Source: Dehalococcoidia bacterium
Lineage (GTDB): Bacteria > Chloroflexota > Dehalococcoidia > Lucifugimonadales > UBA3495
Direction of reading: 5' to 3'
Assembly: GCA_965237745.1 (NCBI GenBank)
Contig: CBDEGL010000003.1
Location: 13,470-77,469, forward strand
Length of the DNA stretch: 64,000 nt
Of this stretch, positions 39,285 through 48,883 are shown piece by piece. The notes beneath the pieces are model-generated. The model did no database searches. It had not been told where the DNA came from and saw nothing but the letters and a program-made list of their open reading frames with translations. The first letter of the stretch is position 1, and each line of letters opens with the position of its first letter. Made by a program: the position numbers and the translations under genes.

Positions 39285-40262
39285 GATGCTCCTCTAGAAG
39301 TCAACGAGTGTTGTGGGCATGGACTGGGTTCCGTAGGGCGGAGAAGACCTCGCGAGCGACATAGCGTTTGAGGCAGCGGATCACCTCAGCCTTGCTCATC
39401 CCCTCGGTGGTGCGACGACGCATGTGTGCTTGGGTCCGTTGATCGTAACGAAGCCTGACGACAACGATGCGATGGAGAGCCGCGTTGGCGTGGCGCTGTC
39501 CGCCTCGGTTGAGCCGATGCCTGTTGGTCTTGCCGGAGGAAGCAGGTATGGGATTGACGCCGCACAGGGAAGCGAAGGCAGCCTCTGAGTGGAGGCGGTC
39601 CGGGTTACTCCCAGCAGCAATGAGGAGGGTCGTCGCCGTGTCAGGCCCTACGCCGAAGCTATCGACCAGGGCCGGGGCTGTCGTACGTGTGAGTCGGTGG
39701 ATCTCGTCCTCCAGTTCCCGCATCTCATTACCGAGTTGACTGTATCGGCGGGCAAGGGAGCGAAGAGCATACTTGGCCGCAGAGGTGGGATCCTCCAGAC
39801 GACCGGTCCGGAAGCTCTTGCACCGGGTGACAAGGGCAGCAGCGGTGAGGCCAGTGAGGTGCTCACGAAGCTGGGCCGGGGCCGTGACCACCAAGGCCTT
39901 CATCTGGTTGAGAGCCTGTGTGCGAGCCTTGACCGCCGAGTCTCTGGCGCTCTTGAGCATGCGGATCATCTCGACTGCACCCTCACCTGACTTGGGGTTC
40001 GCATCGGCTACTCCGGCAAGCACGGCACGCGCTGCCATCTCGGCATCAGTGGGATCGCTCTTCCCCTTCCGGTAGCGGGTTGACCGGTCGGGCCGGTTGA
40101 CTTCCACTACGGTATGGGCCCTACGAGTCAGGAAGCGGGCGACTCCGGCGCCGTAGGAGCCGGTGCCTTCGATCCCGAATGCGCGAATCTCTCCAATGCC
40201 CCGGGACCATCGTCCGAGCTTCCCATACCCACAGGTGGTCGCAACCGTGTGAAGTTCCCCTA

Positions 40263-40434
40263 GAAGTCTGGCCGGAAACCCCGATTCTCCCCAAGCCGGC
40301 GTTTTCTTAACGTCGATTATCGATGAAATAGTGGGTGTTGCAACGTATTACATTCACTACCATGCCATATAAGACTTGAATACGTCTGCTTGGCGTAGCG
40401 CAAAACCCGGCCGATGGCTTTCCGGCCAGACTTC
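40263..40434. mobile_element. 172-bp MITE (TIR GAAGTCTGGCCGGAAA)
   Basis: Perfect 16-bp TIRs, CTAG at both junctions. Confidence 0.8.
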
Positions 40435-40436
40435 TA

Positions 40437-40583
40437 GTATTACAACGACGGTTCGAAAGAAAAGGACCTTGAGCACCTCTTCATGGCGACCTGCCCACGC
40501 GATTGACAGCTTTGTGGCCTTGCCTTCCGTCAAGCGATTTCCGGCCATGAACTGACTAAATTGAGGAAGCGTCGTTGTAATAC
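40437..40583. mobile_element. 147-bp MITE (TIR GTATTACAACGACG)
   Basis: Perfect 14-bp TIRs, CTAG at both junctions. Confidence 0.8.
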
Positions 40584-40585
40584 TA

Positions 40586-41807
40586 GTACTGAACCAAATC
40601 AGGATTGGCAGGGATAGAGGCGATGGAGTTTGCGTCTGGCGTCTTGGGCAGTGAACCGCCAGTTAATGGTAGCTCCTATCGCGTTCCGCTCTGACACGCA
40701 GGCGCTGACGGCTCTTTCCAGGCTGTCCTCATCTCCGTTGCGTCCGCGCAGGCAGGCCCGGGCCAGCACGCTGAACTCGATCTCCGCCATATTCAGCCAG
40801 CTTCCGTGCTTGGGAGTGTGGTGGAACTCCAGCCGCTTGGCGATGCGCCGGGCCTCGGCCGCCGGGAAAGTCTCGTAAAGCGAGGCCATCCGATGCGTGT
40901 TCAGATTGTCGAGAACCAGCCGAATCACCGGGACATCGGGGTAGGCCTCATCCACCAGCCACCGCATCTGCTGAGCGAAGTCCTGCATGGTGCGTTGCCG
41001 GGTTATCGCCACGTGGCGCCAGCCCCGGCGAGGCTCACAGGTGAGGAACAGGTTGCGCGTCTCTCCCCGCTGGTATTCGTAGTCCTCACGCCTCGGCCTC
41101 CCAGGCTTTGCCGGCAGCGGTTCCCTCACGTCGGCCAGCAACTGGGTGGAGGTCTCGTCAAAGCAGACCACCGGCCTCTGCGGATCGTAGGGCTCGGCGT
41201 AGAGATCCAGCACGTCCTCCATGGCCGCCACGAACTCTCCACCTACCTTGGGGATGCACCATTGTTTCTTGAGCCACGGCTTGAGCGTGTTTTTTTTAGC
41301 CGCAGGCGGACCGTCTCGGGAGATAAAGACTCCACCAATCCCAACTCCACCACCTTGCCCGCCAGGGCCCGCATGGTCCAGTGGTCATGACCGTCGGGCA
41401 CCGGGCTGCAGGCCAAGGCTATCAGGTGGGCCTCCACCCTTTCATCCACCTTTCCGGGCCGGTTGACCTGGTTATGGTGCCTCAGCACCTCGTCCAGTCC
41501 TTCCTCGGCATACCGCCGCTTGGTGCGGAACACGGTCCGCTCCGACACGTCCAGTGCGGTGGCCACCTGGGGGGCGGTCCAGCCCTCATCTATCTTGATC
41601 AGGATGCGGGCCCGGGTAATCGCCTGTGCGGAACTCCTCCCAGCCCTGATCATCTTCCTGAGCCGTCCCTTTTCCTGTGTTGCCAGCCGGACTCCGTACT
41701 TCTCCTGCACCATGACCACCTCACATCCCACAACCCTTCGTCTATCCCCAAGGTAGCATCCTGTCTGGGCTCACGTACTAACTGACAATGCCAGATTGGC
41801 CGAATAC
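40586..41807 (-). mobile_element. IS630-family element, two-ORF transposase (41243-41713 and 40599-~41290)
   Basis: CFDET, VLDNLNTH, SWLNMAEIE; A8 slippery run; TA flanks. Confidence 0.92.
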
Positions 41808-41924
41808 TAGGCGGACACCCTGACGGTCAATGGCCACCGCCACGTGCTCATCCTGGTGGGTGTCGACTCCCACGACCAGCTCAACACCACGACTACCTTC
41901 ATGACCGACGACTCCTGTCATTTC

Positions 41925-42140
41925 CACCTCCTAGAGGGATGGCACGCCGGCCAGGTGAGCGGACAGGACTGCGATGGGGCGTGAAACCAGGCTCCTATAA
42001 GGTCCCTGCTCACCTTGCCGAAGGCACTTCGGGTGCCACCCCGGGTCGAGTCGACAGATCAGGCTGAAGGCATGATGCCAGGTTCAGAAAGGGTCAGGCC
42101 CGAGCCGAGGTGGCTCGGGATTCATCATCGCAGTCTCAGA
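41925..42140 (-). ncRNA. Candidate IS110 bridge RNA (non-coding left end)
   Basis: About 215-bp ORF-free, hairpin-rich segment directly upstream of the IS110 recombinase. Confidence 0.5.
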
Positions 42141-42221
42141 ATAGGGGAGATTGTGGCTACCCATCCTGGTCTGAAGGGTCGAAAGTAGGCGACAGAGTAG
42201 CCGAGGGGTGGTTGATGGCCG

Positions 42222-42428
42222 TCATTGGCGCAGTTCAGGAGACAAGACAAGGCTCCGGACCGTTAAACGGATGGCTGAATGAGTTGGAAGAGCTCCACAC
42301 CCGCCAGAGGTTACAAAGGTCGAAGGCTGTGGCCAACATGGTCCACTCGGCCGCCACGTTGGTGAGGCCGCGCAGCAGGAACCTCCGTGCCCCCTGTTGC
42401 TCCTTGATGATTCCGAAGACCGGTTCGA
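42222..42428 (-). pseudogene. IS1182-like transposase C-terminal remnant cut by IS21
   Basis: IEPVFGIIKEQQGARRFLLRGL..V..EW...A.A.DL. Confidence 0.75.
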
Positions 42429-42592
42429 TGTCAATGGCGCTGAGATGTTGGGCCACTGGGGCGGTGGAATCGTGTACCACCAGAGAGGTCATTGGCCAGC
42501 GTAAATGTCCGCGCCAGTTGTTCGGGAGAAGTGTCACAGAGGCAGGCTGGCAGCAGGCTGAGCGGGTGAGTGAGGATGGCTTCCGGCGCGAC

Positions 42593-43375
42593 TTATGGGT
42601 TGTCTGATTCGTCCGAGGCTTGTGCTGCAGCGTTCTCCCTGCTGCGCTTGAGGCGGTAGCTCTCGCCGTTCATCTCCAGGATGTGGACGTGGTGGGTGAG
42701 CCGGTCCAGCAGCGCGCCGGTGAGCCGCTCCGAGCCGAAGACCTCAGTCCACTCGTCGAAAGGCAAATTGGTGGTTACCAGGATGGAGCCTCGCTCGTAG
42801 CGCTGGCTGAAGACCTCGAAGAGCAGTTCCGCGCCGGTCCTGGACAGTGGAACGAAACCCAACTCGTCGATGATCAGCAGGTTGAGCCGGGAGAGTTGCC
42901 GCTGCAGATTCAGCAGACGCCTCTCGTCCCTGGCCTCCATCAACTCGTGGACCAATGCGGCGGCGGTGGTGAAACCCACCGACATCCCCCTCTGGCAGGC
43001 GGCCAGGCCCAGTCCCAGGGCCATGTGGGTCTTGCCGGTGCCGCTGTTGCCGACGGCGATGACGTTCTCCCGGCGCTGGATGTATTCACAGCGGGCCAGT
43101 TCCATCACCAGTGCCTTGTTCAGCGATGGGATGGCTGGGAAGTCGAAGGTGTCCATGCTCTTGACTGCGGGGAAACGGGCGGCCCGGATCCGCCGCTCCA
43201 CCATGCGCTGGTGGCGGTCGATGAGCTCAAGTTCAGCCAGCCTGAGCAGGTACTGGGGATGATCCACACCCTCGGCGGCGCACTGCGCGGCCATCTTCCC
43301 GTATTCCCGGAGGAAGCTGGGCAGCTTCAGCTCCTTCAGATGGTGTTCCAATAGCAGAGTTGACCGGTCGTTCAT
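42593..43375 (-). CDS. istB: IS21 helper ATPase IstB
   Basis: GNSGTGKT, LLIIDELG, LLDRLTHH. Confidence 0.95.
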   Translation of the reverse strand: MNDRSTLLLEHHLKELKLPSFLREYGKMAAQCAAEGVDHPQYLLRLAELELIDRHQRMVERRIRAARFPAVKSMDTFDFPAIPSLNKALVMELARCEYIQRRENVIAVGNSGTGKTHMALGLGLAACQRGMSVGFTTAAALVHELMEARDERRLLNLQRQLSRLNLLIIDELGFVPLSRTGAELLFEVFSQRYERGSILVTTNLPFDEWTEVFGSERLTGALLDRLTHHVHILEMNGESYRLKRSRENAAAQASDESDNP

Positions 43376-44883
43376 GCCGCTCTCCCCGACAGGAGAGTCA
43401 TGTAGTCCCCGACGGACGTGGTGCTGACCCTGACCCTGGGCAGGTAGGGATACAGCTCCAGGTCCAGCCTTGGCGGCCGTCCCTCCAGCCGGCACAGCAC
43501 CAGGTGCTTCACTGCGTCGAAGCTGATGGCCCCCAGATGGAGGGCGCCCTTGACGGCTGTGTGCACCTCTTCAAGAGAGAAAGTCTCCAGCAGCCTGAGC
43601 ACCTGTACATACTCACGCTTGCCCCTGCGTCCCATGCGGGCTTCCAGCAGACGGCGCAGCGTCCCGAACTCCTCGGAGAGGTTCCATCCCTGTAGCGGAG
43701 CGGCCTGATCCAGGGCTCCCGGCTTCCGTTCCAAGAGCGGCAGGTAGTGGATGGGGTCATAGACGAAGTCGTCGCGTTCGTATGATCGGGGATGCCTGGC
43801 GATGACCTCGGTTCCGCAGCTGATCACCACCTGGTCCACGTAGCCCCGTACCAGGACGTCCCGGTGTCCGTAGGCCACCGGCACCGAGTAGTCGCTGGTC
43901 CTGTACCGGACCAACGACAACGAACTCACCCGGCCCGACTGCTTATCGCAGGCGTCGTAGGGCACCGCAGGCAGTGGCAACAGGGCGTCCAGGTCCCGCT
44001 CCATACGCTGACCGATGGTCTCCGTGTGGCCCCTGAGCTGGGCGTCCATTCGTTCCAGGCATCGCCGCTCCAGGTATGCATTGAGCGCATCGAAGCTCTC
44101 GAAGGACGGTATGGGCACCAGAAAGTTGCGGCGCACGTACCCCACCAGGCCCTCCACCTTGCCTTTGTCATTGCCCTTGCCGGGGCGGCCGAACCGGTCC
44201 TCGAACAGGTAGTGAGACTGCAGCTCGGTGAAGGCGCGGGTGCGCTGGCGCTGGCCATCCCCCAATATCCTCGCCACGGCCAGCTTGGTATTGTCGTAGA
44301 GGATGCTCTGGGGCACACTGCCCAGGTAGGCGAAGGCCGAGACGTGGCCGTCCAGGAAAGCCTCGGTGGTCTCGGCAGGATAGGCCTTCACGAAGCAGCC
44401 GTCGCTGTGGGGCAGGTCGATGACGAAGCAGTGGGCTTTCCGCTCGACGCCGCCGATGACCACCAGGGCCTCGCCAAAGTCGCACTGGGCGTGGCCCGGC
44501 GGATGGGACAGGGGCACGAACATCTCCCTGGTCTGACGACGATTCTCTCTGACGTAGTCCTTGACCGTGGTATATCCGCCGTCGAAACCGTACTCGTCCC
44601 GCAGCCGCTCGAAGATGCGCTTGGCCGTGTGGCGCTGCTTCCTGGGACGCCTTAAGTCGTCCTCCAGGATCCGGTCGATGACGCCGGTGAAGGGCTCCAG
44701 CTTGGGCCTCTTTGGCGGAGTCTGCCGGCGATAACCCGGCGGGACCGAATAGGCCAGCATCTTGCGCACCGTGTCCCGGTGCAGGCCGAACACCCGGGCT
44801 GCTTCCCGCATGCTCATCCCATCCACCATCACCGCCCGGCGAACCCGCAGATATACGTCCACCTTGTACATCCATCGCACCAT
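43372..44883 (-). CDS. istA: IS21 transposase IstA
   Basis: Close homologue of 1097-2608. Confidence 0.95.
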   Translation of the reverse strand: MVRWMYKVDVYLRVRRAVMVDGMSMREAARVFGLHRDTVRKMLAYSVPPGYRRQTPPKRPKLEPFTGVIDRILEDDLRRPRKQRHTAKRIFERLRDEYGFDGGYTTVKDYVRENRRQTREMFVPLSHPPGHAQCDFGEALVVIGGVERKAHCFVIDLPHSDGCFVKAYPAETTEAFLDGHVSAFAYLGSVPQSILYDNTKLAVARILGDGQRQRTRAFTELQSHYLFEDRFGRPGKGNDKGKVEGLVGYVRRNFLVPIPSFESFDALNAYLERRCLERMDAQLRGHTETIGQRMERDLDALLPLPAVPYDACDKQSGRVSSLSLVRYRTSDYSVPVAYGHRDVLVRGYVDQVVISCGTEVIARHPRSYERDDFVYDPIHYLPLLERKPGALDQAAPLQGWNLSEEFGTLRRLLEARMGRRGKREYVQVLRLLETFSLEEVHTAVKGALHLGAISFDAVKHLVLCRLEGRPPRLDLELYPYLPRVRVSTTSVGDYMTLLSGRAA

Positions 44884-45084
44884 CCATGGGGTCGGCTACA
44901 ACCCTATGAATGATGGCAGGCGGTACACTATTAGGTCGCCGATACTCAGCAATCTTCCGCCCACACGGCCCACTTTATCTCCGCCGTTTACAGGCACGGC
45001 CGACGGACTGTCCTACACCACTGGACGACGCCCTTGGTGGTGATTTCCTGCCGACAGTGCAAGCAAGGAGGGATGGTAGCGCAT

Positions 45085-45300
45085 GAACCGCCCCACTGCC
45101 GGACCAGGCCTTCCAGGAGCACCGGGTAGCCCCGGGTGTTCTCACCGGCGCGTAGGACGGCCTGGGCCACGGTGCCGATGTCGTCGTCCACGGCGATGAG
45201 CAGCGTCAGCTTCGTTCCCGGTCCTCCCGCTAGGGGTGCTGGCTGCCGTCGCTTGCACCAGCATCCCCTCCTGGTGCAAGCGCCTGCGACGCAACAGGTG
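45085..45300 (-). pseudogene. IS1202/IS481-like transposase remnant
   Basis: KLTLLIAVDDDIGTVAQAVLRAGENTRGY..LLEGLVRQWG. Confidence 0.6.
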
Positions 45301-45344
45301 CTGCTGGGATCGTCGTCGCCGGGAAGCTTGGGGGGGTGTGTATC

Positions 45345-47561
45345 ATGAATCCCATGACGAACGACCTGGAACAGCTGCGTGGCGAGGTCGAACGGCTGGT
45401 CTACAGCTCGGAGGAGTCTGGATTCACCATCTGCCGCCTTGTGGTTCCGGGCAGGGGCGACCTGGTGACCGTTGCCGGAACCATGCCGGGAATTCAGCCG
45501 GGAGAGCGGTTGCACCTGCAAGGCAGGTGGATAAATCATCCCATCCATGGCTATCAGTTCCGGGCTGACAGCTACAGCTCCCAGTTGCCCGCCAGCGCCA
45601 ATGCCGTGCGCCGCTACCTGGCCTCAAGCCTGGTGAAGGGCATCGGCCCGGTGCTTGCCGGAAGGCTGGTGGACTGCTTCGGCGACGAGACCCTGCGAGT
45701 GATCGATGAGCAGCCGGAGCGTCTGGCCGAGACGCCGGGGGTCGGGCCACGCCGGGTGGAGAGCATCAAGCGGGCTTGGGCGGAGCAGCAGGAGATACGC
45801 AACGTGATGCTGTTCCTACAGGGCCACGGGGTCAGCGCCGCCTACGCCACCCGCATCTACAAGACATACGGCCAGGACGCGGTGAAGGTCGTTCAAGAGA
45901 ACCCCTACCGGCTGGCCCAGGACGTGCGGGGGATTGGTTTCATCACCGCCGACAAGATCGCCCGGGAGATGGGGATAGACGAGCATTCGCCCCACCGGGC
46001 CCAGGCCGCCCTGGAGCACCTGCTGTTGGAGCGGGCCGACGAGGGCCACGTCTTCATCCCCAATGCTGAGCTGGTTCAGATGTGTCAAAGCCGTTTCGAC
46101 CTCCCCGAGGATCTGCTGACGGCGGCGGTGGGAAGTCTGCGGAAGGCGGGACGGATCGTACTGGATGGAGAGGCTGTGTTCCTTCGGGGCCTCTATCTTG
46201 CTGAGCGAGCCGTGGCCGATTCCATCAGGGCTCTGGTGGCCAGCCCTGGGCAGCGGCGCGAGTTCGACGCTCCGGCCGCCGTGGACTGGGCCAGCCGTCG
46301 GATGGGAGTGGAGCTGACCGAGGAACAGAGGCAGGCGGTCCACGAAGCCGTGTCGCAGAAGGTCTTCGTTCTGACGGGCGGGCCTGGGACCGGCAAGACA
46401 ACCATACTGCGCGCCGTGATATCGATCCTCGAGGCTCTTGGCCAGCGGGTGGCACTGGCGGCTCCCACCGGGAGGGCGGCCAAGCGGCTCGGCGAGGCCG
46501 CTGGCCGGGAAGCTCAGACGCTGCACCGTCTGCTGGAGTTCAAGCCCGGGGAGGGCCGATTCGGACGAGACGCCGAGCGGCCCCTGGGCGCCGATGCCGT
46601 GGTGGTCGACGAGACCTCAATGCTGGACATCGTGCTGTGCCATCACCTGCTGCAGGCCGTGCCACGCCACGCCTCGGTGCTATTCGTCGGAGATGCGAAC
46701 CAACTGCCCTCCGTTGGGCCCGGCAAGTTCCTTGGGGACGTTCTTGAGTCCGGAGTTGTACCCTTCCTCCGTCTTGAGCGGATTTTCCGTCAAGGGGACC
46801 GGAGCGGCATCGTCGAGGCGGCCCACCGGGTCAACCAGGGCCGCCTGCCCTCTCTCGGCTCCAGCGACTCCCAGGGGGACTTCTACTTCGTCGAGGCCGG
46901 AGAACCGGAGGCGGCGGCCAATGCCGTCGTCCGCATCTGCGCAGAGCGGATCCCGGCGCGGTTCGGATTGCGTCCCATGCGGGACATTCAGGTGCTGTGT
47001 CCCATGAACCGGGGGGTTGTCGGCGTCCATCGACTCAACGACAGGCTCCGGGAGGCCCTCAACCCGGTGGGAACCGAGGTAACACGCTTCGGACGGACTT
47101 TCCGGGTGGGGGACCGTGTGCTCCAGACGGTCAACAACTACGACAAGGATGTGTTCAACGGCGATCTGGGCTGGGTAACCGGGGTGGACCACGCCGTCGG
47201 GCGGATCGCGGTGAGCTTCGAGGAAACCGGCGTGGACTACGATTTCTCGGAACTCGACGAACTGCAGCCCTCCTTCGCAATGACCGTACACCGGGCCCAG
47301 GGAAGCGAGTTTCCCGCGGTGGTGGTTCCGGTCTTGACGCAACATTACCCGATGCTGCAGCGCAACCTGCTATACACCGCGATCACCAGGGGAAGGAGGC
47401 TGGTCGTGGTTGTCGGAAGCCGACGGGCGTTGGGGATGGCGGTGCGCAACAACCGTCCCCGGGAGCGCAACTCGATGCTCGGGATCCGGCTGTCGGGGAC
47501 GGAGACAGGAAGCATGAGGGCGTTTCCTGAAGCCGGCTTCGAGCGACTCGGTCTCCTGTAG
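45345..47561 (+). CDS. recD2: ATP-dependent RecD2-like SF1B DNA helicase
   Basis: VKGIGP HhH, ENPYRL, GGPGTGKTT, APTGRAAKRL, VVDETSM, VGDANQLPSVG, TVHRAQGSEF, LLYTAITR. Confidence 0.95.
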   Translation: MNPMTNDLEQLRGEVERLVYSSEESGFTICRLVVPGRGDLVTVAGTMPGIQPGERLHLQGRWINHPIHGYQFRADSYSSQLPASANAVRRYLASSLVKGIGPVLAGRLVDCFGDETLRVIDEQPERLAETPGVGPRRVESIKRAWAEQQEIRNVMLFLQGHGVSAAYATRIYKTYGQDAVKVVQENPYRLAQDVRGIGFITADKIAREMGIDEHSPHRAQAALEHLLLERADEGHVFIPNAELVQMCQSRFDLPEDLLTAAVGSLRKAGRIVLDGEAVFLRGLYLAERAVADSIRALVASPGQRREFDAPAAVDWASRRMGVELTEEQRQAVHEAVSQKVFVLTGGPGTGKTTILRAVISILEALGQRVALAAPTGRAAKRLGEAAGREAQTLHRLLEFKPGEGRFGRDAERPLGADAVVVDETSMLDIVLCHHLLQAVPRHASVLFVGDANQLPSVGPGKFLGDVLESGVVPFLRLERIFRQGDRSGIVEAAHRVNQGRLPSLGSSDSQGDFYFVEAGEPEAAANAVVRICAERIPARFGLRPMRDIQVLCPMNRGVVGVHRLNDRLREALNPVGTEVTRFGRTFRVGDRVLQTVNNYDKDVFNGDLGWVTGVDHAVGRIAVSFEETGVDYDFSELDELQPSFAMTVHRAQGSEFPAVVVPVLTQHYPMLQRNLLYTAITRGRRLVVVVGSRRALGMAVRNNRPRERNSMLGIRLSGTETGSMRAFPEAGFERLGLL

Positions 47562-48155
47562 GCCGCTGAAAGCCCTGGGTCGGCGATGCCACACTCGACG
47601 TTTCCCGGAGCAGAAGTTGCGCTCCCTGGCGCATCACACGAGACGGGTGTAGCCGGAGGCCCGCCAGGCGGCCCAGGTTCAGCCGGCGGAGCCGATGCGG
47701 TACTTGCCTGTGCCGCACACAGTGCAAACAGCGCGAAGGGCGGGACGTCCGTTCTTCAGGGTCACCTGTTCAACATCCCTCGAGCCTGTCTTGGCCCGGC
47801 ACTTCAAGCAGTAGATTTCAACGGATTCGGGTGGTGTGGCCATAATTGAAGGCTCCTGTTCCGGAGGCTGCCAGGATTATAGCCAAAAGAAACCCTCCCG
47901 CCGGATGCGTCTACAGGACCGGCCAGACCAGCCGGTCATTGCACTCTGAAATTGCCTGAATTCTCCCGGGAGCTACGGGCCGGTGTGGATGGACTAGGTT
48001 CTGTTGACATTTCGCTGTTGCGGGTCATTCCGGGGAAATAGCGACGAAGAATCCTGGACTTATCACTCCGATTCAAGGCCATTAGTGCTTTCCTGCACTT
48101 GGAATGACATGAAATAGGCCTGCACATCGGTTACAAATGCAAATGTCAACACAAC

Positions 48156-48476
48156 CTAGATAACCCTGTCTCCCCGCCCTGGCATGGACTGGCTGTCCGG
48201 CTCACCCGCCGCCCCGGGCAGCGGGGTCAACATCACGCGCCAATGGGGAGTATCCTTGGATGCCTCGACCAGGAATTCGCCCATTGGAACATCGATGTCG
48301 ATATCGTCGAATTCGAAGTTGAAGGCGGCTTTCACGTCGGCGGGGCAGACGACGCCCGCGGTAGCGTTGTTCTCGCGTCCCACCCGCCGCAGTTCCTCGC
48401 GTTCGGCGAGGGTCATCTTTACCCGGCGGTGGCAGCCGGCAATGGAGCATTTGACCGGGACTTTGTTAGGCATTCC
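48156..48476 (-). CDS. Hypothetical protein
   Basis: MPNKVPVKCSIAGC...; about 106 aa. Confidence 0.4.
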   Translation of the reverse strand, partial: GMPNKVPVKCSIAGCHRRVKMTLAEREELRRVGRENNATAGVVCPADVKAAFNFEFDDIDIDVPMGEFLVEASKDTPHWRVMLTPLPGAAGEPDSQSMPGRGDRVI

Positions 48477-48616
48477 CCCAATATTACAACGACAGCTCAA
48501 GGAAGGGGTTTCGGGCATGCGCGCGCAGGATGTGCAGCGTCAACTTTACCTCCGCCGATTACATGCAGGGGAGGCATAGAAAATCCATCGATGGCTATCT
48601 AATGCGAGTGGCCCGG

Positions 48617-48647
48617 TGCTCCGAGTGCCGGGCCACTTCTGTTTGGG
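48617..48647. terminator. GC hairpin, possible terminator
   Basis: AGTGGCCCGGTGCTC/GAGTGCCGGGCCACT followed by TCTGTTT. Confidence 0.45.
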
Positions 48648-48883
48648 TAGAATTCGATATAATTCCCAAATAACTACAATGCGACAGTCTAAGTCAGATA
48701 GTATTACGTTTTACATACATTAACGAGACATCATTTAACTACAATTGACACCTACGGGCATCGTTGTTACTCTGTAGCGAATTTTGCTGTTCGGTTGCCA
48801 ATTCGAAATTGCGGCAGCAGATATTCCACCTGGAACCATCTCCCGGAAATTTTGGCGCAGAATTCCCTTCGGAGGCGCGGTTT

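Larger units (their letters stand above)
39285..42140 (-). mobile_element. IS110-family element; recombinase 39301-41921 interrupted at a CTAG by a three-element stack
   Basis: VGVDTH (41.85 kb) joins in frame as VRL/GELH across 40261-41809; GIEGTGSYG, KSDPTDA, SSGK; element boundaries approximate. Confidence 0.88.
42429..44992 (-). mobile_element. IS21-family insertion sequence, copy 2 (intact)
   Basis: TGTCAATGGCG at 42429 and CCGCCGTTTACA at 44992. Confidence 0.93.

Noticed and set aside
48500-48650. Riboswitch upstream of the ABC transporter
   Set aside because: Only one hairpin; no recognisable aptamer consensus.
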